Assembly: GCA_002269645.1 (NCBI GenBank) | Contig: NIVC01002442.1 | Span: 62,001-126,000 of the forward strand | Direction: 5' to 3' | Origin: Macrostomum lignano | Taxonomy: Eukaryota | Length of the DNA: 64,000 bases | Shown here: one piece after another, positions 1 through 15,899 of the stretch | How positions within the stretch are numbered: the first letter of the stretch is position 1 | Layout of the letters: every line of letters begins with the position of its first letter | Notes under the pieces: generated by a model | Told to the model about the DNA's origin: nothing | The model's database searches: none | The model's input: only the letters and a program-made list of their open reading frames with translations | Position numbers and translations under genes: made by a program

Positions 1-700
1 CCTATCCCACTCTGATCCCCATCAATCCTATCCCACTCTGATCCCCATCAATCCTATCCCACTCTGATCCCCATCAATCCTATCCCACTCTGATCCCACC
101 AATCCTATCCCACTCTGATTCCCATCAATCCTATTCCACTCTGATCCCCATCAATCCTATCCCACTCTGATCCCATCAATCCTATCCCACTCTGATCCCC
201 ATCAATATTATCCCACTCTGATCCCCATCAATCCTATCCCACTCTGATCCCCATCAATCCTATCCCACTCTGATCCCCATCAATCCTATCCCACTCTGAT
301 CCCCATCAATCCTATCCCACTCTGATCCCATCAATCCTATCCCACTCTGATCCCCATCAATCCTATCTCACTCTGATCCCCATCAATCCTATCCCACTCT
401 GATCCCCATCAATCCTATCCCACTCTGATCCCCATCAATCCTATCTCACTCTGATCCCCATCAATCCTATCCCACTCTGATCCCATCAATCCTATCCCAC
501 TCTGATCCCCATCAATCCTATCCCACTCTGATCCCCATCAATCTTATCCCACCCACTCTGATCCCCATTAATCCTATCCCAATCTGATCCCCATTCAGAG
601 CTATCCCACTCTGATTCCCATTCAGCTCTATCCCACTCTGATCCCCATTCAGCTCTATCCCACTCTGATCCCCATCAATCCTATCCCACTCTGATCCCAA
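1..700. repeat. 26-bp minisatellite (CCTATCCCACTCTGATCCCCATCAAT)n, ~27 copies, in intron 2 of the merlin/ERM-like gene
   Basis: Direct 26-nt periodicity; ends ~15 nt from the minus-strand donor at 716. Confidence 0.97.
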
Positions 701-716
701 ATTCCTTTCTGCACAC

Positions 717-3700
717 CTCCAGGTAGAAGAGGTGCACAGTGGCCTCCAGCAACAGGTCCTCGCCGACGTCCTCCACCCAGAAGCGAACGTGAAAGAAAAA
801 GTGCAGCGGGCAGCTGGCCGGCAAGCTTCGGACAACTTCGGACAGTCGCCTGTCTGGCCGAAGCCACCAGGAGCCGCTGCCACTGTCCGAGCCCGGCTCA
901 CTGAACTGCAGACCAAAGTACCAGGTCTCGCGGATGCCAAAGGTGACACAGGCGAGGTTGAAGACATCCTGACCAGTGCACTTGGGCTGCAGGTTAAGCG
1001 AGAAAGTAAGGCATGTAAAATATAAGTGCAATAAATACCACTGACAATACTAATGTTTGTACATAAGTAATGCAAATTCATCATGCAAACTTAAAGAAAG
1101 TGTAACCTTAAAATGAAATCTCTGAAGCCAAATTTGTTCTCTTTTGTTTTATCCAAAGACATTAAACAAGCCAATCTCACTGACGTGTACAAATTTAAGT
1201 AATTTTGGGCTTTTGGTGTATAATTTTAAAATTTTGGTGTGCGACATGCACTGAAAATTTAAAAAATCCATCATCAATAATAGTAACAATAGTTGTCCAT
1301 GCAATTGATATTTTTTCTTCTATTCTCAAAATAATGAGGTGCCATAAATGGAATTTTAATCCTCAGGCCACAATTATTCCATTTTTATCCTTCTATAGAT
1401 CATCCAGGTGCAACACCAAGCCTATCTAGCTGTCTGGCAAGTTGCAAAAATTCCCATCTAATTAGTACTCTAAATTAGTAAAGGAGTACTAATTAGATGA
1501 CAAGGTATTTACTCCTGCCATTTACCCAAACCATCAGTACCATTATTGGGGTTGTAGAAAGATCTGGCAATGAGATCATTGTTTCCTCTTGTTTGCATGC
1601 CATTTTGGATAATAAAACAGAAGAAAAAAGAAGAAAGTAAAAAAAAGAAACAAAAGTTTGCTGTCTTGCAAAAAATAGTAAAAAATGCTCATTTTTCTAC
1701 TGTCAGTAGCTTAAAAAAACTTCAAATGCAAAAAAACACCCATACAAGACACTTTACACACAAACTGATTATTGCATTGTATTTAGATATGAATTCTATG
1801 CTAGAGATAAATTTCTTAAAACTTTGTTGCTTCTTTTCCATAATGAAAAATGCTATTTTTTAATTGCTTATGGACATTTACATGTAGTGCAAAAACGACA
1901 ACCTGAGAAACTGCTCTGCAAGAACACATTTTTTGGATGTGTTAATTGCAATCGATACACTCCACAAGACCCTGCTTAAAACCAAACACATTGAATCCTT
2001 GCTGTTGTTAGAAGGGTTTTTAAAAAAGAAAACAAAATTTCTACTAGCCAAAAAGGGATGTTAAGAAAAAAAATTTGCTGCTGTTTTGTCCTAGAACACA
2101 CTTTATTTGCTACTCTACTCATATCTGGTCTTTATTTGTTTAAATGGGCTTAATTTACTCTAAATTTCAATTTTCCAAAACATTGGTTTTTTTAAGTTGC
2201 ATCCTCACTTTGGTTTTCTACCAAAAAGTAAGCCTAGCCAAACTTCCATCTAACATAACTTGGCTTATGTTGCATATTTTAAGATAGTTTAACAACTATT
2301 GTGTTCCACTTTTTGTCTAGTTTGCAGTGTATATTTCAGTTTTTTCTGGTTTGTTTGCACACTGGCTCTATTTCAATTTTATGATAGGAACTATTTTACG
2401 TTTTTCCACAACTTTTGACTGTTTTTTTAGCTTGTCAGATTTCCTATCAGATAATAAATGAAACTTTGTACTATAGTCCAGATTATAGCAGGTTTATGCT
2501 GGAATGAAAATTCACTTTTTTTCAATTTTACACCAACATAAATTAAAAAAAAAATTATGTTAAGATTTAAATTGTTTATATACCATTTTTTAAAATATAT
2601 ATTTTTAGGAATTCAGAACTTTTATTAAACTTCAAAATAGCCGTTTTTTTGCTCAAAACTGATATTTTTTGTTTTAATTTTGACTTTCTCGTGATTGCAT
2701 TATTATCTTCTATTTTAGTTTCTGATTATTTTTAGAGATTTTGATGTTGGTTGATATTTAACTGCACAATTATATTAGCCTTGAACTTGGCTTTTTTTTA
2801 GTATGCCAACTGTGTACACTTCATGTTGAACCTGAAAATTCTATATGCCAAGTGTATGCCAAGATTGTCAGCAAGAGCAAAAATATGCTAGAAAAGGCCA
2901 CCTTCTGGAATCTGGACAATGGACTTTATACAAATAGAATTATTATTTTAGTATTAACTTTGTCTAACTTAAATTAAATATTAAAAACACTAGTCTAATA
3001 GTCAAATTTTCAAAATTGACAGCTTGTATAGATTTGTATGTAAGGTAATGTATTTGGTATACATTGGCATACACTAAAAAATTGGTCATATTTTTTTCAA
3101 AGGTAAGTCTGAACTATAACCTATTATAAAAATCCTAGATCTGTCACTGATCAAGCTTTAAAAGACTAGGTGCCAATTTGGTATCTAAGCTTAAATCAAA
3201 TTACCAAATTTAAATTTAATATGCTATAAATATAATATGCTATGACATAAACTAGGAAAGCATTTATCTTCAATAAAAAAATAAAATGAATATAGTAAAA
3301 AATTAAGCTAATATAAAGACAAATAGTGTCTAGAAATTATATCTTATTACTATTATGATGAGATTATATTTGATTATGATTAGATCCTAATTGAGATATC
3401 GAGGATTTTAGAAAACCAACAAGGAAATATAGTAAAAATTGATTCAATGAGCATTTATCCCAGAAAAAACCTTATTTAAAAGTTAATGGCAAGGTTCTAT
3501 CCTAGAATATAAAATTTATTTATCATTGTAAAAAATTTTGCAAACTATAATAACTGAAATTTAATCTAATCCTATATACTAATTCTAATCTAAAATCAAA
3601 CTTTAAAAGAGTATATTTAAAACTGTTCTTTAGGAAAAAAAATTCTTGGGTTAAAGGGCCTAAATTTTAAGTGCATACTATACATCATTGGCATCAGAAG

Positions 3701-3796
3701 CCTTACCTTAACATCAAATTCCACATCAGCATCATATGTAGATATTTTAATCGATAGTTTATTTTTCTTTGTTCGCTTCATCTCTTGATCTGTCAT
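717..3796 (-). CDS. Merlin/ERM-family FERM protein, first two coding exons (gene continues beyond the window start)
   Basis: Exon 3707-3796 (MTDQEMKRTKKNKLSIKISTYDADVEFDVK, donor GTAAGG) joins in phase 0 to exon 717-986 (PKCTGQDVFNLACVTFGIRETWYFGLQF...VRFWVEDVGEDLLLEATVHLFYLE, acceptor CTGCAG, donor GTGTGC). Matches the FERM F1 lobe of merlin/ERM (DAEMEF...[24 protein letters not shown]...HLFFLQ). Both intron positions match NF2 exon boundaries as I recall them. Confidence 0.85.
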
Positions 3797-5045
3797 GTGT
3801 TACTACTGTACTGAAAAAAACACGTGAAAGGTATAAGCAAAACCAATTTGGGCACTGAACATTGGCGATTTACTGTTTTTGTTTCCTAGAACGTTTTTTA
3901 CCGCGTCTGGCCTGGTTACGTTTTACCGAAATAACGAAGTCGCTGCAAAATTCACCAAAACAGAAACATATCGAGCATTTAGAACAGAAGCAATCGATGA
4001 AACTCATGTCAACACTAAACTAAGGCAAATAAAGATTAAATATGCCGTCAAATAATGGTACCAGCCTTCAAATGATGAGTCTTGACTTTGAATTGGTGCT
4101 GGCCCCTCGGGACCGACGCAGCGTACTTACAAAACTCAATGTTGATCTATGTACTATATACATCAATTATTGTTTAGACTGTTCCTAATTTTATGGGGCC
4201 TCTATCACTAAATTCTCTACCACTTATTGTTCTTAAGCTTGGTTTTTTAGCTCAAAAACCTGCATGGCTCACGTACATGGTGGATAGATGCGTACATGTG
4301 GTAGTACGTACAGTCCTAGATTTAATCAGTTTTATTTACTTCTTTTAACAGATCTAAAAATATGAGTGCACTTACAAATTTACAATGTACAAGCAGCTCC
4401 AGTTTTCCAGTTATTATGGACGGACTGGTGATTGCATATTTTTACATGCACACTCGCATACCGGTATTGTACGTGTATATGCTACCAGTATCATTGAGAT
4501 CGCTGTTATAATTTTCTCGATTTTAAATTTCAGGTAGCCTCAGGTAACCATTTCAGCAAGCATAAAGATACATGTATATACCCTTCATACGGTAGAAGAT
4601 GACACCTTTATATCTAGTTTCATAAGCAGCAGCTACATCAACAAAGGAAGTAGAAATAATTTCTAAATTGATGCAAGAAAGACCGCATAACATTCAAGCA
4701 AGCACAACAATTTCTTTTATCGCGTAAACCACCCACAAAAGACAGACTATAATAATAATGAATGCTATATTTAACGCTGACAATACAATCCGATCACAGG
4801 GGCGGCACAAACAGCAAAGCATAAACATATTTTTGTTTGATTATATCTGTACCCACCATGCAACATCAGAAGACAAAAACTAAAGCTGCCCGACACCAAA
4901 GCAGATTAGAATAATTTATAACCATGAAATCTCAGAATGATAAATATGAGAAACGTCTCTTTCAATCAAGCTTCTTCTGGGATTGATGACACAGCAACTA
5001 AGATTGTCCACACCAAGCAGCTGTGCATCAGTCTAGCACTGAATG

Positions 5046-7545
5046 TCACACCGCATTCACCTCGCCCATGATGTTTACCCGCCGATTGTCGCAGCGCTGC
5101 GAGATCTCGGACTCAATCAGCTTCTTCAGCTCCTTGATCTGGGCTCGCAGCGCCGCCAGCTGCTGCTCCAAGTCTCGCTCTTCGTCCTCGGACTCTCGCC
5201 GGCGCTGCTCCAGCAGTTTGGAGGCCGCGGCCGCCTTGTCGGCCTGATCGCGCAGGCTGGAGAAGCGCTGCAGCAGGCGGCTGAGGTAGGCCGGCGAGGA
5301 CCTGGTGAGCATGAGGTGCTGCCGGCTGGGCTCCGTCAGCTGACCAATCAGGGCGCGGGCCCGGCTGCCCGGCTCGGCCGCTGCGATCTCACCGACGGCA
5401 GAGGAGGCGGAGAGCACGGCCTGGCTGACGCAGTTGGAGTGGTCGGCGAGCTCCTGGCCCAGCCGGCTGTAGAAGGCGTCCAGCTCGTGCAGATCATCGA
5501 GCAGACGCTCCCGAAGGTCCAGAGTGTCCAGCACCGACCGCGCCTGTGAATTGCGGCGGATGGGCGCGGGAAATTAAATTCTTAATTTGAATTGTTGCCA
5601 AACAGGGAAATATTTAAACAACTGTACACTCTCTGTACACTGTAGAGTACACTGTACTGTACAGTACTGTACACTCTCTGTGCCTTGGGGGTTGGCTGCG
5701 AATCTCACGACAACTCCAGGCCAATTTTCGCGCACACAAGTTCCGAACTGAATTTGGCCCCCCCGCAAACCAGCAGCGGTCGTGTGGCGCGAGAATCAGA
5801 AAACCGCTAACTGGACTCGGAAAATCATCGCAGACTGACCTGTTCACCCCGCGCCACACCGTCTCCCTCGAGACCTTCGCCGGCATCAGCGGTCGCGGCG
5901 CCCAGCTGGTCCTCCGAGTCGGCAATCTCAATCCCGGAGAAGTCGATGCCAGCAGCCTCGTCAACGGCGGAGAAGTCGATATCGTCGCCAAAGTCGATGC
6001 CGCCCGAGTCGTCGCCGGCAGTGGAGTCGCCGTCGCCGGCGGCGTCCCCGGCGGCCGGGCAGTCGAACTCGGCGGGCAGCGCCATGCGGAACGGCTCGAC
6101 CCTGGCCGGCGGCCGGCCCAGCGCGAACTCGTACTGCGTGGTGTTGCCGCTGGCCAGCAGGTAGCCGAGCGTCGGGCACAGCGGCGACTCCGGCGCGCCG
6201 CCCGTCTGCCGCAGGAACTCCGCGTACAGCCGCAGCGCGTCGGCGAGGCCCCGGACCGCCTCCATGCAGGCGCCATCGAACCAGTTGGGCAGCGCCTCCG
6301 CCTGCGCGATGAGCTCGGCGCGCACCCGCGCCAGCGGCAGCTGCTGACCACCGGAGCTGTCCGAGTCCGCCGCGCTCGCCAAGCCGAACTGGCGGCAGAG
6401 CGCCGCGAACTTTGCCCTGCGGTGTTGTGGAAGGGAGATGTGCAGTCAACAGTGACTCCAGAGCTCTCCTAGTAGAGTCACATTGTTAGTTAACCTGTTG
6501 TTTAACTCACAGATCGATTTATTAAGTTGAAAAGTTGCTCCGAGTCGGTTAACTCCGGCCCGCGGGCCAGACAGCTTTAACTTTACCGTACTGAGTGATA
6601 AATTTGGTTCCGCCTCCTCTCCTCTCATTTCTGCTTCCCTTCTCCTCTCTCATCTCTCCCTCCCCTCTCCTCTCTCCCTCCCCTCTCCTCTCTCCCTCCC
6701 CTCTCCTCCCTCCCTCCCTCCCTGTCCTATCTCCTTCTCTTCTCTCCCGTCCAGGGCTCTCCTTACCTGGCCTCGGCGCCAGAGGCGGCCAGTTCACCTT
6801 TGCGCCGCTCGCATTCCGCCTGGCGCCGCCTTGTGCGCTCCGATTGGCGCTTCAACAGCGGCGCCTCCTCCTGCACCAGCTTGGTGAGCAGCCGGCTGGC
6901 GTCCGCCACGTAGCAGCTGCCTCGTCTGGAATGCATGGGCTGACTGACTGACTGACTGACTGACTGGCTGACTGACTGACTGGCTGACTGACTGACTGAC
7001 TGACTGACTGACTGACTGACTGACTGACTGACTGGCTGACTGACTGACTGACTGACTGACTGACTGACTGACTGACTGGCTGACTGACTGACTGACTGAC
7101 TGACTGACTGACTGACTGACTAACTCACTGACTGACTGACTGACTGACTGACTGACTGACTGACTGACTAACTCACTGACTGACTGACTGACTGACTGAC
7201 TGACTGACTGAGTGACCTGTATATTTTGAGAATGGCATCGAGCTCGCGGATGACGGCAGACGAGTAGCCGAACAGGAAGGACTTGTTGGCGGAATCGAGC
7301 TTCTTCAGCGCCTCGGCGATGCGGTCGCAATGCCAGTAGTGAATCTGCGGCTGGCGCAGCGCGGCCTGCAGCTCGGCGCTGACGCCCTCCTGGCCGAGGC
7401 TGTCGGAGGCGGCCAGCTGGGCGATGCGCCGGCGAACCTCGGCAGCGTCCCGCAGCCAGTGGCGGTCGCAGATGCGGCGGCTGACCAGCCAGTCGGTGAG
7501 CTTGTTGCTCTGGATGTCGATGGGCAGCAGGGCGGCCGAGTCCAT
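5046..7545 (-). CDS. CDK5RAP3: CDK5 regulatory subunit-associated protein 3 (C53/LZAP), 4 exons, 520 aa
   Basis: Exons 7217-7545, 6767-6925, 5840-6416, 5046-5543, all GT-AG and frame-consistent (1563 nt). N-terminus MDSAALLPIDIQSNKLTDWLVSRR and IHYWHC match the family (PIDIQTSKLLDWLVDRR, IHYFHC). Acidic IDFG/IDFS repeats; C-terminal RRVNIMG. Confidence 0.95.
6941..7216. repeat. (CAGT)n/(ACTG)n microsatellite forming nearly all of CDK5RAP3 intron 1
   Basis: Direct 4-nt periodicity from the donor to ~15 nt before the acceptor. Confidence 0.97.
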
Positions 7546-8504
7546 GACATCAGCTCTGTAAGGCATATGCAGCTCAGCAATACAATAAAAACTCCAATAA
7601 AGGGATTTGAAGACTTGTATCTATCAATTGTCAAATTCAATTAATCTGTAAATAAGGAGTTTGAATACTTCTAAAACTTCTTTGTAGGTCAGAGGCTCAG
7701 CAATATAAAATATAAAGTAGAAATGTTTGTATTTAATTTGATTTTGAACTTAATGACTGGTCTTAGCTAGCATCAAGGTTTTAAATATAGAATTTTTAAA
7801 TTTGGATCTAGGGTGTGAATGGCACTGGGATTCTGATGATTATGTGATTCCTGCACACTTGTTTTGGCTAGGTGACCTTGGATCTAGCCAGTTCTAGATA
7901 TAGATAGTTGCTAGTTAATTTGCTAAGGCAACCATTTGTTATTTCTCTTATACTTATTATTTATAACCTTAGTCCCCTAACTAAAAACATAAAAACAAAT
8001 AAGCTGAAATATAAAAAATGAATATCAAAATTAAAAACTTTAGATACAAAACAATTGGTATTATAAAATAAGAAAATAACTAAATTAAAAACTGTTGTTT
8101 GATAAGAAGTTTAGCAAAGAATATAGGATAATTTATCCTAATATTTTTATATACAGGTCCTTGGCTTTGGTCAATTTAAGACATTTATATAATAAACAAG
8201 CTGTTGAAACCCGCGGATTTTGAACCCAGGGAATTCCAATCCCCGGAACTACTTTTGCATGTATTCTGAAATCTAAGGTCATACACAAGCAAAAACTTGT
8301 TAATAGTTAGTAGGATAGAGGTAGACATAAAATGGACACATTCGTGTAAAATTAGAATTTGAAGCAAACATTGATATTGTTGGCTGGGGTACTTCACAGA
8401 ATGTCAGGCAATGTCTGTCTGTCTGACTCTAAAACATGTATTGGCAAACTCTGGCCTCTCTGGACCCTAGGTCCCTTGGATCCTTTAAAATTTCTATCGT
8501 CTCT

Positions 8505-10095
<1,591 letters not shown>

Positions 10096-10789
10096 CCACT
10101 CTCATCTGGCCCGCACATAAGCTGGATTCTTTATCTGGCTTTTGAACTAAAAGTCTGCCGATCCCTGCTTCGAAAGCCAGTTTGTGGGACGTACTACTCT
10201 CATCGTTATTCTCATGCTTTGATCACATCATCTTTCTTGCCAATTTGCAGCCCTGAAAGGAATTTGTGTATCTTCAGCTCCACTGCAGTCTGCATCAGTC
10301 TAACAACCAAGAAAATATGCATTTCTTAGACCATTTAAATTTCAAAGTACTTTTAAGAGAAACTTAAAATTTCCATGGTGTGCCTAATTTAGTAGGGTTG
10401 TATTTCATTGCATTGCATTGCCTTTTCATAAATATTTCGCTTTTACAAACCATTCTGGATTGCCTCGATTTGCCAATTGCCATCCACTGTTAAACTGCTA
10501 CAGAGTTTGCCTATACAGAGAGGAGGGCAGTGGTTAGAATTTCTCACTAAACTGTTATGGCTAAATGTAGCCTCTCCACTCTCGGGGTGCAAGATTGCGA
10601 GAAGGCTATAAATAAAGTTATTCCAAAACACTATACATTTGCTATGTACATTCAGTCCTATCGCCTGACCCTTCATCTGGCTCTGGGGGAATGAGTGAGT
10701 GAGTGGCACAAACAACAGAAAAAGCAGACAAACTTCACATGCTTACAGTTTCTTTTTTGGTTGAGTTACAGAGTTGAAACTTTACATTT

Positions 10790-11335
10790 AGATAGAGAAT
10801 GGGTCAATGAAGAATTGTGTCAAGTTTGAAGTTAATCGCTTTATGTGGAGCAAACTTATGGCAGCTGAAAGTTAGTTAATTTTTAAACCCTTTTACACAT
10901 CTGGGCCCAGATTGGGAAAGAGAGGCAAGCGGGTGGAGGTTGGGGTGGCTGTCTCGCTAAAAAAAGCAGACTAACTTTAAAAGTGCATAGCGCCATTCAG
11001 GATTGACTTTGAGACTCGGAAATTTTACACGATTGTGTCAAAATAGTTGAAGATTGTTCATATCAAATTTGAAGAGGGTCAATAGAAGTGGAGCGGCGCT
11101 ATGGAGGATTTAGTGAAAAAATTGGGCATTTTGAGCAGTTTTTTGCACTCTTAGGTGAGAAGACTCAAATTTAACAAATTTAAAAGTAGCCTAAGACATT
11201 CTCCATAGTAAGTTTAGGGTGGGTGTAAAGTTTGGTGTAATTTGGTTAAGCAGTTTGGGAGTCCATAGCGATCAAAATTGTCCACAGACACACAGACAGA
11301 CACACAGAGTTTTGATTTTTATATGTAGAGATTAC
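10790..11335. mobile_element. Possible non-autonomous Helitron/Helentron-like element
   Basis: Repeated AAGTTTG..AATCG-like motifs, then CACAGACACACAGACAGACACACAG and a TTTTATATGTAGAGAT end, a layout typical of HINE/DINE-like elements. No termini or coding evidence confirmed. Confidence 0.3.
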
Positions 11336-11715
11336 AAAACAGGTAAGTTTAACTTTGAATAAAATATGTATAGCTTTAAATACTTGTAATAAAACCAAAG
11401 AATTAAATAAAAAAAATTCTATTTCTTAACCTTACCCTAAATGCTTTAATAGCCCTTAATATCTATACCTTATCTAAGGCTTAGGTATTATATTTGAAAA
11501 ATTGATAATAAAAACTGTATTAGGATTAATAGAAGTATATAAACAATTTGCCAAAACTGGATAGATGGATATAAATTTGCAAATAAATTTAGATTATGTT
11601 TATTACAACTAACAAACAAAAACTTACAACTAGGTCTAATAGTAATTATAATATATATATATAGTCTAGACTAGTCTTACCAAGTCAAATAAAAAAATCA
11701 TATTTGCTACAACTA

Positions 11716-12543
11716 CGAGGGGTGTCCCAAAAGTTCCCGGAATGTCTAACGTAGCTCTTCAACAGAGCCATGAAATTTCACGCCCATGGTGTCAAATGAA
11801 AGGAAATTTTGTCACAAAGAATACAAAGTTAAAATCATGTTGATATCTTTTTTTATTCAAGAGCTACAGCAAGAAACTTGCGCAAAGGTCAGGGGTAGTG
11901 TTACACAACCTCAACAATCTATGGCAATAATTTTTTCATCTCCATTTTTGGAGTTTTTCATTTTGAATTCGTGCTACTGACGTGTCAGAAAGACATGGTA
12001 GTGTCTATGGAAAAAGGAGAAATGCTCATAAAGCTAATCTGAGCTTTTGCGCGAGTGCAAATAATTTGTACCAAGCGCTTGCTTTCAACTTGAAATTTCT
12101 TTGCGAAAATGAGTTCTCTTCAGAGCCTTGAAAGTCAGCGAAGTCAAGTTTTTGCCCTTTGGTCAGTAGTGATGGAGTGGAGCCAAGATTTCTAACCACT
12201 TATTCTCTATCCACGGTGAGAACAGCCTGAAAAAAACTGCAATTTACGGATGGATCGAACGCTTTAGAGATGGCCAGTCTGCTGTGAATGAATTCAAAAT
12301 GAAAAACTCCAAAAATGGAGATGAAAAAATTATTGCCATAGATTGTTGAGGTTGTGTAACACTACCCTGACCTTTGCGCAAGTTTCTTGCTGTAGCTCTT
12401 GAATAAAAAAAGATATCAACATGATTTTAACTTTGTATTCTTTGTGACAAAATTTCCTTTCATTTGACACCATGGGCGTGAAATTTCATGGCTCTGTTGA
12501 AGAGCTACGTTAGACATTCCGGGAACTTTTGGGACACCCCTCG
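11716..12543 (+). mobile_element. Non-autonomous mariner derivative with ~255-bp TIRs and a transposase N-terminal remnant
   Basis: TA on both flanks (11714-15, 12544-45). Arms 11716-11970 and 12290-12543 are reverse complements with one 1-bp indel and start CGAGGGG. Interior from ATG 12109 encodes a frameshifted mariner HTH (MSSLQSLESQRSQVFALW / GAKISNHLFSIHGENSLKKTAIYGWIERFRDGQSAVNE). Confidence 0.9.
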
Positions 12544-13989
12544 TATAAATAATAGTTTACTAACTTAAGACAATTATTAAACAATAATAATTATTATTGA
12601 TCATTGATTATAATACATGCCCCAATTAGGCCAGATATGTAACTAACAGCTTAGCTAGGCCCCTATAGCTATTAAAAGGCATCTAAAGGATGCATATGGA
12701 TGGATGTTTAGTCCAAGGACTGAGAGGTCACCACCGACCACATAGGAATCAAACACCTGACCTGTAAGTTTTGTGTTTGACACTCAGGTAACCCTTTCAA
12801 TTTTTTTCTGAATTCGCGTCTGAATGACGCACAAGGAGGAAGCTTGTGCTTGTGTGTGTCTACGTCTTCGTATGAACGTCTTTCATATGCAACATGGGCC
12901 TAGAGTCGAGTTCTTAGAAAATTGATTCGCATTCACGATAATTTTAAAGTTTTGTACTGTTTAATCAAAGTATATTTGCAGTAAAAATCGGTGTGAAATT
13001 GTATAACAAAAAGTGCTACTAAGTGTCAGAAAAAAGTTTTTAATTTTAAAAACTACTTAAAAACCATATTTAAATGAGAAAGTTTTGCTTGATATAGGTA
13101 ATTTAACACAAATATTTCGAGGCTTTTTTCAATAAATGGCCTGTGCCATTTGTGCGCTCTACTCATTCATCTATTCTTAAAATTAACTTCAGTATAACAA
13201 ATGGCAATAAATGATAACGTATTTTAGAAAATAATTTTAATTTTACACAATTTTATATTTTAACAACCAACAAGAATGTACTTGCAGGCAGCGTTTCATT
13301 TGTAAACACTAACACAACAGCTGTCAGAGAACAAGTAGGGCGGTCTTGGCCTCGACAGACTGCTAAGTATAAGTAATTTTCGTGAATATTTCACCATATT
13401 ATTTTCTTCTGATCATCGTTGGATTTCTTTCATTACATTATTAGTAAAAAATCAAGAATATACTTTCTGTCTGGGCAGTCTGGCTATACCAATCTGCATG
13501 AGGAGTTTTACAAGTCAAGATCGATTACAAATCACTAGATTTTTATTGATCTGTCGATAGAAATAATTTAGCAGGATTTTTTATTCAGACAGCTTTACGA
13601 ATGGAGGGACAAATTTATTCTGAACACATTATCTAAACCCAAAATAAAAAAATAATGTATGTTTTAAATCATTCAGAAGTTAATTTATTCAGTTGATCAC
13701 ACATGTTTAAATAATTTTTGAGTTCCCTTCTCATTTCCCACTTTATAAGTACATACGATTTCATCTGATGTTTTATGCATGAGCTTTATGCATAAAGTTA
13801 TGCATATATATATATACTATATATACTTATTTACTCATACTTATGAATGAGTATTTCAGTTTGAGTATACTTATGAAATCTTCATCCAACTTAATATGGT
13901 AAATTACAAAAAATGCAATATTGTAATTACACCTGGAAGTAAGTCATCTGCAGAATTGCTTGATTTTATATTAATTTGCATTTCAGTCA

Positions 13990-15715
13990 ATGTCGCACAG
14001 CATAAAAGAGGGACATTTCACGTCCACTATATATGCGTACATAAAGGAGCACCGCTACAAGGAGGCGGTGAACGCCGTCAACCAGCAGCTCACAACGTAC
14101 CCGGACTCGCGGGCCGCGCTGTCGCTGCTGGGCTATTGCTTCTACCAGATGCAGGACTTTGTCTCCGCCAGCGACTCCTACGAGCGGCTCACGCAGCTGT
14201 GCCCCGACTGCGTGGAGTACCAGCTGTACTTTGCCCAGAGCCTCTATCAGGCCGGTCTCTACCAGCAGGCCATGAAGGTGAGCGCCTCATCTTCAATGCA
14301 GCGCAGATGAGTTATAGCTGCTAATTATAGCTGCTGTCAATCAACCGACTCGAATCCCGCAGGTGGCGGCGCAGATCGAGGAGCCGGCCTACCGAAGCCA
14401 GATGCTGAAGCTGGAGGCGGCAATCAAGTACGATGAGGAGGACTTCACCGGCGCCCGCGCGCTGGTGGACCAGTGCCAGGCCGACGACCCGGACAGGCAG
14501 GTGAACCTCGGCTGCCTGCTGTTCAAGGAGGGCAAGTACCAGGAGGCCTGCGCCAAGTTCACCAAAGCTATGCAGGTGAGTAAACAATCACTATCTTTAT
14601 CTACAGGGTTTTAGTAAGCCCCTCACTATCTCCAGAGTTTCAGTAAGCCCTCCCTCACTATCTCCAGAGTTTCAGTAAGCCCTCCCTCACTATCTCCAGA
14701 GTTTCAGTAAGCCCTCCCTCACTATCTCCAGAGTTTCAGTAAGCCCTCCCTCACTATCTCCAGAGTTTCAGTAAGCCCTCCCTCACTATCTCCAGAGTTT
14801 CAGTAAGCCCTCCCTCACTATCTCCAGAGTTTCAGTAAGCCCTCCCTCACTATCTCCAGAGTTTCAGTAAGCCCTCCCTCACTATCTCCAGAGTTTCAGT
14901 AAGCCCTCCCTCACTATCTCCAGAGTTTCATTAAGCTCTCCCTCACTATCTCCAGAGTTTCATTAAGCTCTCCCTCACTATCTCCAGAGTTTCATTAAGC
15001 CCTCCCTCACTATCTCCAGAGTTTCAGTAAGCCCTCCCTCACTATCTCCAGAGTTTCAGTAAGCCAATCTGGTCACCCCACCACCGCCTTTTCCCGCCGC
15101 AGGTGACCAGCTTCCGCCCGGACCTGGCCTACAACATGGCAGTCTGCCATTACCAACTGCGCCAGTACGCCCAGGCCCTGAAGCTCATCGCTGACATCAT
15201 CGAGAGGGGCATCCGCGAGCATCCGGAGCTCGGCGTTGGTATGGCAACCGAAGGCATCGAGGTGCGCAGCGTCGGAAACTCCCTGACGCTGCACGAGACC
15301 GCCCTGGTGGAGGCCTTCAACCTGAAGGCGGCCATCGAGTTCAACCGGCGCAACTTCGCCCAGGCGCAGGACGCCCTCACCGACATGCCTCCGCGCTCTG
15401 AGCAGGAGCTGGACGCCGTCACGCTGCACAACCTGGGCCTCGTTGGCATGGAAACGGACGCTTCAGCTGGTTTCCAGAAGCTGCAGTTCCTCATGCAGCA
15501 GGAGTCCTTCCCGCCTGAGACTCTGGGCAACCTGCTGCTGCTGTACGTCAAGCACGACTTCCACGACCTGGCCGCCGACGTGCTGGCCGAGAGCACCGAG
15601 CAGGCCTTCAAGCTGCTGCCGCCCTACCTGATGGACTTCCTGGAGGCCGTCATTCTGTGCCAAACAGCGCCTGAGGAGGCCTACAGGTGACTGGCATCAA
15701 TCAATCAATCAATCA

Positions 15716-15814
<99 letters not shown>

Positions 15815-15819
15815 AATCA

Positions 15820-15899
<80 letters not shown>

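Noticed and set aside
10100-10715. Minus-strand exon(s), including the 90-aa ORF
   Set aside because: An acceptor-like site exists, but there is no recognisable homology, no GC3 bias, and stops interrupt the adjacent frames.
12550-13990. RFX X-box upstream of the ciliary gene TTC30
   Set aside because: Only weak partial matches (e.g. GTTTCATTTGTAAAC near 13273), not distinguishable from chance.
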